Assembly: GCA_014905635.1 (NCBI GenBank)
Contig: JABVCE010000021.1
Coordinates: forward strand, 124,001 to 188,000
Length of the DNA: 64,000 nt
Direction of reading: 5' to 3'
Origin: Scenedesmus sp. PABB004
Lineage: Eukaryota
Part shown: positions 25,829 to 37,600 of the stretch, one piece after another
How positions within the stretch are numbered: position 1 is the stretch's first letter
Layout: each line of letters opens with the position of its first letter
The notes under the pieces: model-generated
Database searches by the model: none
Seen by the model: the letters and a program-made list of their open reading frames with translations, nothing else
What the model was told of the DNA's origin: nothing
Translations under genes and position numbers: made by a program

Positions 25829-28800
25829 CGCCCCGGCCGCGGTGCGCGGCGCGGCCGCCGCGGGCGGCAGGAGGTCGTGGGCGTGCACGGCGGCGACGCG
25901 CACGTCCCGAGGACGAGCAGACGCGCACGGTGCAGGTGCGGCGCTGCGGCGGCGCTGCGCGGCGCGGCGGCTGCCGCCGCGCCTGCCCGACCGGGCGCCC
26001 GCGGCGCCGGTGCGCCGCAGATCCAGACGCTGAGCGGCGAGGGCGTGCTCACGCGCTGGGGCCGGTTCCTCAAGGCCGCGGGCGTGCGGCGGTGCGAGAC
26101 GCGCGCGCGCGGCCCGCCCGGCCCCCGCCCCCCGCCGCGCGCGCCGCCGAGGCTGCGCGCCGCGCGCGCTCCCGCGCGCCACGCGCGCAGGCGCCGCCCG
26201 CGCGGCGCGTTTGTGAGCAACGAGCTCGTCACGAATCGCTACAACCTGCTCAGCTTCCTGCCGGTCAACCTGTACCACCAGTTCAAGCGCGTCGCAAACC
26301 TCTACTTTGCCGCCCTCGTCTGCCTGCAGGCGCGGCGCTTGCGCGGCGGCCCCCGGCGGCGCGCAGAGACCCCGCGCCGCTGGACCAGCGCCGGCGCGGC
26401 GTGCGCGCCGAGCTGCCGCGCCGCGCCGCGCGCGCAGGCCATCCCCGGGCTGAGCCCCGTGCCGTGGTGGGGCACGCTCTTCCCGCTCGCGGTCGTGCTG
26501 CTGGTTAACGGCGTGAAGGAGGCGTTTGACGACTACTGGCGCCACAAGAGCGACGAGCAGGCGCGCACGCGCGCACGCGGGCACGCCGGCACGCGGGCAC
26601 GGGCGCTGCGGCGCCGCGGCGCGGCGCTGGCGCTCGGCCCGACCGCCGCGGCGCTGGCGCTCGGCCCGACCGCCGCGGCGCGGGCGCAGGTGAACCACCG
26701 CTGGGTGACGTCGCTGAAGGAGGACGGCGACCAGCGCATCTACTGGAAGGCGCTGCAGGCGCGGCGGCGACGGCGCGCGGCGCGGCGCGGCGTGCGGCGC
26801 ACAGCACCGCGCTCGCTCGCCCACGCGCGTGCGCGCCCCGCGCCCGCCGCCGCCGCCGCCGCCGCCACACCGCGCACGCGACTGCGCGCAGGTGGGCGAC
26901 CTCGTGCGCCTGTCCAACAACGAGGACATCCCGGCCGACTGCGTGCTGCTCGCGAGCAGCGACCCCGAGGGCCTCTGCTACGTCGAGACGGCAAACCTGG
27001 ACGGCGAGACAAACCTCAAGGTCAAGTTCTGCAACGCGCCGACGGCAGCGTATGACTGCGCGGGTGCGACGCCGCTCACGCCGCGCCGCGCGCGCGACGC
27101 CTGCTGCCGCGCCGCGTGCGCTCACGCCGCGCCGCGCTGCGTATTCGCGCGCTGTGCCTGTAGAGGCGTTCAGCCGCGCCGGGTACTTCACGCTGGAGTG
27201 CGAGGCGCCCAACCCCCGGCTCTACACCTTTGACGGCGCCGTGTGCTGCTGGGACTGCCCGCCCACGTTTGGCGGCCGCGGCGGCGGCCTCGGCGGAGGC
27301 CTCGGCGGCGCCGCCGCCGCGGCGCGCGGCGCGGCGGGGGCGGCGGCGGAGGTGGAGATGCACGCCGCCGGCGGTGGCGGCGGGTCGGGGTGGTACGCCG
27401 GCGCCGGCCGCGAGCAGGGCCCCGCCGGCGCCGGCGCGGCGGGCGGCGCGGCGCCGCGGCAGGGCGGCAGCCCCGGCGGCCGCGCGCGCGGCGGCAGCCC
27501 GGGGCGGCGGCGCCGCCCGCCCGGCGCCGGCGCCGGCGCCGGCGGCGTCGACGGCGACGGCCTGACCGCGGCGCTGGGTGAGTATGGGCAGCAGGTGGGG
27601 CTGGTCTACCGCGAGCCGCTCTCTGCGAGCAACCTGCTGCTGCGCGGCTGCACGCTGCGCAAGACGGAGTGGGTCATCGCGGCCGTGGTCTTCACGGGTG
27701 CGCCCGCGGCGCGCGCGCCCCGCCCCCCGCGGCGCCCGCCCGCGCGCCGCCCCACGCCCATGCCCGCGCCCACGCCTGCGCCCACGCCCACGCCCGCGCG
27801 CTCGCCCACGCGCCCGCCCGCGCGCCGCCGCCGCCGCCAGGCCCCGACACCAAGGTCGTGCGCAACATGCTCCCCGCGCCGCGCAAGGTCTCGCGGCTCG
27901 AGGCGGCCATGAACCGCGTCGTCGTCGGCGTGCTGGCCGTGCTGGGCAGCGCCGCGGTGCTGCTCGCGAGCGCCAACATGGCCTGGGAGGTGCGGCACCG
28001 CCCCGCGCGCGATTGGTACCTGGGCGAGCAGGTGCGGCGGCGACGGCGGCGGCGCGCGGCACGCGGGGCCGCGCCCGGGGCCGCGCGCGCGCCGCAGCCG
28101 CTCCCCTGCCGCCCATGCCGCCGCCGCCGCGCGACGCAGAGCGGCTGGCCCGAGCTCGCGCCGGGCGTGGCGAGCTGGCTCGTGCAGGTGCGCGCCGCGC
28201 CGCGCCCCGGCGCCGCCCGCCCTCTCTCGCCCCCGCTCTCCGCCGCCCGCGCCCGCCCCCACCTAAACCCTGACCCGCCTCACGCCCCCTAAACCCCAGG
28301 TGGTGCGCTTCATCATCCTCCTCGCCCAGGCGGTGCCGATCAGCCTCTACGTCTCGCTCGAGACGGTCAAGGTCGCGCAGTGCAAGGTGCCGCCGCCGCC
28401 GCCGCGGCGCTGTGCGCGCCGCGCGCCGCGCCCGCCCGTCTGCGCACTGCCACGCCCCACGCACTGCCCGCGTCCACCCGCCCGCGTCCCCGCAAATGCC
28501 CGCCGCGCCCGCAGCTGCTGATCGACCGCGACCGCGGCATGTACTACGCGCCGGAGGACGTCCCCTGCACCAGCCGCACCACGACGCTCAACGAGGAGCT
28601 CGGCCAGGCGCGCGCATGTGGGGGGTGTGGGGGCGTGCGTGGCACGGAGCGCGGCTGGCCGCCGCCCTGCTGCGCTCGGCGCCGCGATGCGCGCCAAACC
28701 ACCGCGCCGCCGCCGTCCCCGGCCCTGCCGCCGCCGCCGTCCGCAGGTTCAGTACGTGCTGAGCGACAAGACCGGCACGCTCACGCAGAACGTGATGGGC

Positions 28801-31800
28801 TTTGTCTGGGCCAGCGTGGCCGGCCGCCTCTACGGCCAGGCACAGCACGCGCAGCAGGCCGCCGCCGCGGCGGCGGGCAAGCTCGCGGCCGGCGCCGGCG
28901 CCGGCGTCGGCAAGCCCACCAGCGCCGGCGGGACGGTCGTGGGCGCCGCGGGGTCGCCGCCGCCGCCCAACACGCCGCACACCATCGCGCTCGACGCCGA
29001 CATGCGCGCCGCCGCGGCAGAGGCGGCGGCCGCGCACGGCGGCGGCGGCGGCGGCGGGGGCGCGGCGGCCGCGGTGGGCGACTTTCTGCTCGCGCTGGCG
29101 CTCTGCAACACCGTGGTGCCGACCGCGACGGAGGAGGGCCAGCTGCTGTACCAGGCGCGCGACTGCCGCAGCGGGCAGGGGCGGGGCAAGGGGGAGCCTC
29201 GGGCGCGCGCAGCGCGGCGCGGCGCAGCGTGCTTTTGTTCGACTTGGGCCGCGCGCCCGCCGCGGCGCCGCCCCGCCCGCGCAGGCGGCGTCGCCGGACG
29301 AGGAGGCGCTCGTGGCGGGCGCGGCGTACCTGGGGACCAAGCTCGTCGCGCGGTGCGTGCGGGGCCAGCACGCACGCGGGACTGACAGGGCGCGGCGCTC
29401 CCCAGGGCGGCGGCGCCCCGCCGCCGCCGTGCCCCGCCGTGCCCCTCCCTCGCCGCCCGCCCACGCTGCCGCGCTCGCCCGCCTGTCGCCGCCCCCGCCC
29501 CTGCCCGTCAACCCCCCAGGTCTGGCGCGGGCGTGGAGGTGGAGGTCGGCGGGCGGCTGGAGCGGCACGCGCTGCTGGCGGTCCTCGAGTTTTCGAGCGA
29601 GCGCAAGCGCATGAGCGTCGTCACGCGCTGCCCCGCGGGGCGCCTCGCCCTCACCACCAAGGGCGCCGACAATGTGGTGCTCGCGCGCCTCGCGGGTGGG
29701 TTTCAAGGGGCCGGCGGCGGCGGTTTAGGGGCTCAGGTGTTTGGTGGCTCGGGGCGAGGGCGGCTGCCGGGCGGCGCGAGCGGGGGTTGGGAGCCGCGCC
29801 CGAGCGCGCGCTGCCCCGCCCGCGTGCGCGCCGCGCAGGCGCCGGCGCGCCGCCCGCGGAGCTCGCGGCGGCGCAGCCGCTGCTCGCGGCGACGTCGGCC
29901 CACCTCGCCGACATGTCTGGCGCTGGGTACCGCACGCTGCTGCTCGCGCGCCGGGAGCTGGCGGAGGCTGAGTTTGACGACTGGGCGGAGCGCTACAGGC
30001 GCGCGGCGGCGCCAGCGCCGTGTGACGGGTCAACCGGCTGCAGCGCGGCTGCGAGCGCCCCGCTCACCCCGCCCCACCCTGCGCCACCCAACCCCACCCC
30101 GCCCGCCGCCCCCGCCTGCCGGCCGCCAGGGCGGCGTGCGCGAGCCTGGAGGACCGCGCGGGCGCGGTGGAGGCGCTGTGCGACGAGCTGGAGCGCGGGC
30201 TCAGCCTGCTCGGCGCGACGGCGGTGGAGGACAAGCTGCAGGTGGGCCCGGCACGCGCGCGCCGCCGCCCGGCGCCTGCTCCTGCTCCCTGCGCACGCCC
30301 ACGCCCGCGCCCGCGCCCTTGCCTTGGCCGCCCCTCCCCCGCCGCCGGCGGCGGCAGGACGGCGTGCCTGAGTCGATCGCCGCGCTGCGGGCGGCGGGCA
30401 TCCGGGTGTGGGTGCTCACCGGGGACAAGGTGGAGACGGCCATCAGCATCGGGCACACCGCGCGGTGCGGCGGCGCGCGCGCGCGCGCTGCGCCCGCTGT
30501 GCTGCCACAGGGGGCAGTGCGTGCCCGGGCGCGCACCGGCGTCGGCGCCCACGCGCTGCGGGCTGCGCGCCGCAGGCTGCTGAGCGCGGGCATGGGCACA
30601 TTGAAGGTCACTGAGGCCGACCTGCGCGGCGGGCCGGACGCGCCGCCCGGCCCGCCGCCGCCGCCGCCGGGCGCGGAGCAGCAGGGCCCGGCCACCGCCG
30701 CCGACGGCCCTGTCGCGGCGGCGCTGCGCCGCCTGCGCGCGCGCGCGGCCGCGCTGCGCGCGGGCGAGCCGGGCGGCGGCGCCGGCGGTCCCGGGGCGCC
30801 GCGCGCCGGTGGCGGCGGCGGGCCGCGCCAAGTGGGTCTGGTCATCGACGGCACCGCGCTCGCGGCCGCGCTGGCCCCGCGCACGAGGACGCCTTGCTGG
30901 CGCTGTGCGCCGAGTGCTCCGCGGTCGTGTGCTGCCGCGTGTCACCGATGCAGAAGGCACAGGTGGGCGGACGCGGGGGGAGGCGGGAGGCGGCGGCGCG
31001 GCACGGCGCGGGGGGAGGCGAGGGCGCTGCGCGGCCCCGCGCCGCAGCCGCCCGCGGCCGCGCGCCCCGCGCGCCGGCGCGCGTCCCACGCGCCGCGCTG
31101 CCGCGCGCTGCCGCAGGTCGCGCACCTGCTGCGGCGCAAGGCGGGCGCGGTGACGCTCGCGATCGGGGACGGCGCCAACGACGTGTCCATGATCCAGGCC
31201 GCACACATCGGCGTCGGCATCAGCGGCCGCGAGGGCCGCGCCGCGGTGCAGGTGCGCGCGGCGTGCCGCCGCGCCCCGCCCCACGCCTGCGCGCCCCGCG
31301 GCCCACGCCCGACGCGCCTCTGCCGCTGCCGCCGCCGCTGCCGCCGGCGCCGGCGCCCAGGCGAGCGACTTTGCAATCGGGCAGTTTCGCTTCCTCGTGC
31401 GCCTGCTGCTGCTGCACGGGCGCAGCAGCTATCTGCGGTGCCGCGAGGTCGTGCTGTACGCCTTCTACAAGAACGTGGCCTACGTCAGCTGCTACGTCTG
31501 CTTCGCCGCATACTCGGGTGCGGGCGGCGGCGGGCACACCACCGCGCCGCCGCGCCGCCTCGCCGCCGCTGCGTCTGCGGTCTGCGAGCTGCGCCCCTCC
31601 CGCACGCCCTTCCCCCGACCCCTGCCTGCCCCCTCTGCGCCCTCTGCGCCCTCCGCTGCCCCCTTTGCGCCCTCTGCCCCCCTAAACCCTGCCCCCCCCC
31701 CCCAGGGTTTAGCGCGCAGACCATCTTCTACCCGCTGTTCATCGCGACCTTCAACTCCCTCTGGGCCGCCTTCCCCAGCCTCGGCTTCGGCCTCTTGGAG

Positions 31801-33653
31801 CAGGACGTCCCGCCCCGGCTCGCGCTGGCGCACCCGGAGCTCTACGCCGAGAGCGCCGCGCAGACCGACAGGCGAGACGCGAAGCTCGTCGCGCGCCGCG
31901 CGGCGCGCGCGCGGCACCGCGCGCGGCACGCCCCGACGCCGCCGCGGCCGCCGGGCGCGCCGCCGCGCGCAGGGACTTTTACGTCGCGTGGGTGGGCTGG
32001 GTGGTGCTGGGGCTGTGGCACGGCGGCTGCTGCTTCTTCGTGCCGCTCGCCGCGCTCGCGAGCGGCGCCGCGGTCGGCCCGGGCGGGCAGCACGCGAGCG
32101 TTGCGGGGCTCGGCACGGCGGTGATGACGGCCATCGTCATCACGGTCACGCTGAGGGTGGGCGAGCGGCACACGCGCGCCGCGCGCAGCGCCGGCCCGCG
32201 CCGCCGCCCGCCTCGAAAGGCGGGCAAGGGTCGGGCGGCACCCCGGCGCCGCACCGCGCCGCCGCGCCCCACGCGCGCCGCGCTGCGCGGCCGCGCTGTC
32301 GCGCCAGGTGGCCATCCGCACGAGCCACTGGACGGCGGTGAACCACGGCCTCATCTGGGGCACGCTCGGCGCGTGGCTGCCCTTCCTGGCCCTGCTCGGC
32401 GGCCTCTGCGGCGCGGCGCCCGGCCTCGCGCCGCTGTGCGGGCTCGGCCCCAGCCTGCTCGGCACCGCGCCGTTCTGGCTCGGCGCCGTGCTCGGCGCGC
32501 CCGCGGCGGCGCTGCTGATGGACTACACATACATGGCCTTCCAGCGCCACCTCGCGCCGCGCGCCAGCCAGCTCCTGCAGGCGCGGCCGCGCGGCCGCAG
32601 GCCGGCTGCGCGGCGCGGCGCGGCGGGGCGTGGCCGCTCACGCGCGCCGCGCGCCGGGCCGCCCGCAGGAGCAGGAGCAGCTGCGCCGGCGCGCGGCGGC
32701 CAAGCTCGCGCAGGGCGGCGCGGCGGCGGCCGCGGCGGGGGGCGCGCTGCAGCGGCCGTCCGCGGTGCAGCTGCCGGCGCACGCGCCCGACGTCGAGGCG
32801 CCGCTCCGGCGGCAGCAGCAGCTGCAGGCCGCCGCGGCGCCCGCCGCGGGCGCCGCCGCGCGCGCGGGCGAGCCGCCGGCGCCGCCCCGGCCGGCCCGCC
32901 CCGGCGGCGGCGTCGTTGCGCTGGCGCACGTGCCGGCGACCGAGCCCGACGCTGCCGGCGTCAGCGCGAGCGGCGGCAGCAACGCCAGCCTGCTGGGCGG
33001 CGGCGCCGGCCTCGGGGAGACCTACGGCCTCTGGGGTGCGCGCCCTGCCCCAAGCCGCCGCGCCCTGCCGCGCGCCGCCCCGCCGCACGCCGCGCCGCCG
33101 CGCGGCGCTGACCGCCGCCGCGCGCGCCGGCTCGCTGCGTTGCGTCGCCGCGCCCGCGCCGCGCGCAGGCGGCCGCGGTGCCGCTGGGTTTGAGGTCGGG
33201 TCGGACTACAACCTGGGCGGCCCGCACACGCTCGGCGACATGGCGGCAGTCGAGTGGGCGCCCAACACCATCCTCGCCAGCCCCGCCACGCTCGCGGCGA
33301 GCCACACCAAGCGCCAGCTGCGGGCGCCGCTGGCCCGCCTGCGCGGCGGCGGCTTCGGGCGGCCGCTCGGCGCCGGCGCCGCGCCGGGCGCCGGCGCCGC
33401 GCCGGGCGCGACCGCTGGCCTCGGCAGGGAGGCGAGCACCGACAGCGACGGCTTCGGCCCGGCCGTGGCAGCGGCGCTGGGCCGCGGCCGTGGCGGCGGC
33501 GGCGGCGGCGGCGGCGCGACGCAGGCGCTGCCGCAGCTGCCCACCAGCACCAGCCCCCAGCCGCCCGGGGGGCGCTCGCGGCTGGGCCAGCCGCCGCGCC
33601 AGGCGCCGCCCGCGGCGCCGCAGTTCACCCTCGGCGGCGACGACACGCTGTAG
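25049..33653 (+). CDS. P4-type ATPase (phospholipid flippase, ALA/DRS2 family), about 20 exons, one apparent frameshift near 30876
   Basis: [134 protein letters not shown]. Start codon is inferred. Confidence 0.95.
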
Positions 33654-34635
33654 GCGTGGGGGATGCTGCTGGCGGCGAGCGCAGCGCGGACCCGCGCGCT
33701 GGCTTGCCGCGCGTGTAGCACGTGCCGCAGCGCACACAGCGCGCGGCGCGTCGGCGGGGCCGGGAGGGGGGGGCCCTGTGCTGGCGGCGCTTTGTGATCA
33801 AGCGGCCCCGGGGGCGCGTGTGACAGCGACCTGTGGCGCGCGCCGTCGCTGCACGGCCCCGCCGCGCCAGCGCCGGCGCGGCCAGCTGGCGGCGCGCGGA
33901 GTCGGGTGCGGTCAGCGAGCGAGCGGGGCGGCAGATGCGCGCGTGACCTCCCCGACCGTATGTGTGCTACGAATAGGGGGCATCGGGCTGGCGGGGGCGC
34001 GGTGCGGAGGCCAGGACTCGCCGCCGCCGGCCAGGAGATGCCTGCGCCGCCACCGCAGGCAAGTCGCCCCAAGACTCAACCTGCCGCTCCGGCGTGCCGG
34101 CCCACGCACGCGGCGCTGCACGTCGTCGTCGACGCGTCGCTGGCGGGAGCCTGACGAGGCCGGATCTTGCTGCGGCGCTTCGCTGACCTCAGCAACAACG
34201 CGGCCTGCCGCCCCGTATGCCGCCTCAACTCGCCCGCCCCTCGCTCCCGCACGCCAATACTGCTATACCTGATCACATCAAAGCTCTCCCGACTATCTCA
34301 AGCCCCCGATCGACACGCACACGAGACGCACCCGAGCGCGCAGGCCAAGCCCCGCGACAACTAGGTACGTTCGCGGTGCCGAAGGCTACCCATCAGCTCA
34401 CTTGCGATGCCTGAGCGTGTCGCGCGCGGCGTCGCCGGCTCCCGCGACGGGTCCACCGCAGGCCATCGCGGTGACCCAGCCCCCCGGCGCGCTGGGGCCG
34501 CCTTCAGCGCCCGCACTCACCGCCGTCGCTCTGCCGCACCGCGTCCTTGCCACCTGATCGCAGACGCGAGCTGCACGCCCACAGACAGCGAGCCCGCTAC
34601 CAAGCCACTCCGCACGAGTGGCTGCCGTCACGCCC

Positions 34636-37600
34636 ATGAGGCGCCTGCTGGCCGCCCTGCTGATGGTGGTGGCGTTTGCTGCGCTCGTCGCAGCAGGTGG
34701 GCGAGCCGGGGGCGAGCCGCCGCCGCGCCACGCGTGCTCGGCGTGACGCGCCTCCGTGCACCGGCCCGCAACCGCAGACGAGGATGAGCTGAGGAAGGTC
34801 CTGGCCGAGCACGAGCACGGCCTGGTGGGCGAGAACCCGGGCGTGGGCACCGCCCACGTCCGCAAGCTGCTCGGTGAGCGCCGTGAGCGCGTGACGCCCG
34901 CCGAAGCCCGCTGCGCGCGCGCCTGGCTGTGTTGCTGACGCTGCCTCGCCCGCTGTGTGGCCTCCTGACAGGTGGCGGCGCGCCCGACAACTGGCAGAAC
35001 TGGGGCGGCCCTGTCGACAAGAAGGTCTGGCAGTGGCAGCAGCCCGCCATCCCCCGCCCCGAGCGCCGCGAGAGCGACACCCGCCGCCTGCTGAGTGAGT
35101 GCCGCTGGCTGCGGGCACAGTGCTGGCGGCTGCCTGAGCGCGCACGAGGCGCGCGGTCTGACGCGCCCGCTGCCGCCGCCGTGCTGCCGCCTCCACGCTT
35201 GCAGGCGCCGATGCAAGCGGACCCGCGTCGCACCAGTTTTCCACCGCCGTGCCTGCTGAGGTGGGCATGAAGCCACGTGAGCCGCACCTGGACGACATGG
35301 AGCGCCTGTTTGCCGAGCACTTTGCGCCGGCTGAGGTGGCCGAGGACAAGCCGCGCGGTCGCAACCTGCTGGGTGAGTGGCCGGCTTGACTGCACTGCTA
35401 CCGTGGCTGCGGGCTGCCCAGGTGCGCGCGCGCCTGGCTGCGTATCTGACGCCGCCTCGCCCGCTGCGTGGCCACCTGACAGGCGGCGGCGCGCCGGACA
35501 ACTGGCAGAACTGGGGCGGCCCTGTTGACAAGAAGGTCTGGCAGTGGCAGCAGCCCGCCATCCCCCGCCCCGAGCGCCGCGAGAGCGACACCCGCCGCCT
35601 GCTGAGTGAGTGCCGCTGGCCGCTGGCACAGTGCTGGCGGCTGCCTGGGTGCGCGCGCGAGGCACGCGGTCTGACGCGCCCGCTGCCGCCGCCGTGCTGC
35701 CGCCTCCACGCTTGCAGGCGCCGATGCAAGCGGCCCCGCGTCGCACCAGTTTTCCACCGCCGTGCCTGCTGAGGTGGGCATGAAGCCGCGTGAGCCGCAC
35801 CTGGACGACATGGAGCGCCTGTTTGCCGAGCACTTTGCGCCGGCTGAGGTGGCCGAGGACATGCCGCGCGGCCGCAACCTGCTTGGCTCCGGTGGCGGCC
35901 ACGGCGGCGGCGGTGCCTCTGGCGGCAACGGCGGCAACGGTGGCCGGACCGGCCCTGCGTGGGTGCGGAGGCTGCTTGGTGCGTGCCGCTGGCTGCGCCC
36001 GCCGCCCGCCGAAGCCCGCTGCGCGCGCGCCTGGCTGTGTTGCTGACGCTGCCTCGCCCGCTGCGTGGCCACCTGACAGGTGGCGGCGCGCCCGACAACT
36101 GGCAGAACTGGGGCGGCCCTGTCGACAAGAAGGTCTGGCAGTGGCAGCAGCCCGCCATCCCCCGCCCCGAGCGCCGCGAGAGCGACACCCGCCGCCTGCT
36201 GAGTGAGTGCCGCTGGCCGCTGGCACAGTGCTGGCGGCTGCCTGGGTGCGCGCGCGAGGCACGCGGTCTGACGCGCCCGCTGCCGCCGCCGTGCTGCCGC
36301 CTCCACGCTTGCAGGCGCCGATGCAAGCGGCCCCGCGTCGCACCAGTTTTCCACCGCCGTGCCTGCTGAGGTGGGCATGAAGCCGCGTGAGCCGCACCTG
36401 GACGACATGGAGCGCCTGTTTGCCGAGCACTTTGCGCCGGCTGAGGTGGCCGAGGACAAGCCGCGCGGTCGCAACCTGCTGGGTGAGTGGCCGGCTTGAC
36501 TGCACTGCTACCGTGGCTGCGGGCTGCCCAGGTGCGCGCGCGCCTGGCTGCGTATCTGACGCCGCCTCGCCCGCTGCGTGGCCACCTGACAGGCGGCGGC
36601 GCGCCGGACAACTGGCAGAACTGGGGCGGCCCTGTTGACAAGAAGGTCTGGCAGTGGCAGCAGCCCGCCATCCCCCGCCCCGAGCGCCGCGAGAGCGACA
36701 CCCGCCGCCTGCTGAGTGAGTGCCGCTGGCCGCTGGCACAGTGCTGGCGGCTGCCTGGGTGCGCGCGCGAGGCACGCGGTCTGACGCGCTCGCTGCCGCC
36801 GCCGTGCTGCCGCCTCCACGCTTGCAGGCGCCGATGCAAGCGGCCCCGCGTCGCACCAGTTTTCCACCGCCGTGCCTGCTGAGGTGGGCATGAAGCCGCG
36901 TGAGCCGCACCTGGACGACATGGAGCGCCTGTTTGCCGAGCACTTTGCGCCGGCTGAGGTGGCCGAGGACATGCCGCGCGGCCGCAACCTGCTTGGCTCC
37001 GGTGGCGGCCACGGCGGCGGCGGTGCCTCTGGCGGCAACGGCGGCAACGGTGGCCGGACCGGCCCTGCGTGGGTGCGGAGGCTGCTTGGTGCGTGCCGCT
37101 GGCTGCGCCCGCCGCCCGCCGAAGCCCGCTGCGCGCGCGCCTGGCTGTGTTGCTGACGCTGCCTCGCCCGCTGTGTGGCCTCCTGACAGGTGGCGGCGCG
37201 CCCGACAACTGGCAGAACTGGGGCGGCCCTGTTGACAAGAAGGTCTGGCAGTGGCAGCAGCCCGCCATCCCCCGCCCCGAGCGCCGCGAGAGCGACACCC
37301 GCCGCCTGCTGAGTGAGTGCCGCTGGCCGCTGGCACAGTGCTGGCGGCTGCCTGGGTGCGCGCGCGAGGCACGCGGTCTGACGCGCTCGCCGCCGTGCTG
37401 CCGCCTCCACGCTTGCAGGCGCCGATGCAAGCGGCCCCGCGTCGCACCAGTTTTCCACCGCCGTGCCTGCTGAGGTGGGCATGAAGCCGCGTGAGCCGCA
37501 CCTGGACGACATGGAGCGCCTGTTTGCCGAGCACTTTGCGCCGGCTGAGGTGGCCGAGGACAAGCCGCGCGGTCGCAACCTGCTGGGTGAGTGGCCGGCT

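Noticed and set aside
28261..31692. Telomere-like ctaaaccc / tttaggg motifs (near 28263, 28289, 29724, 31682)
   Set aside because: Isolated single copies inside introns, partly resembling branch points; no array.
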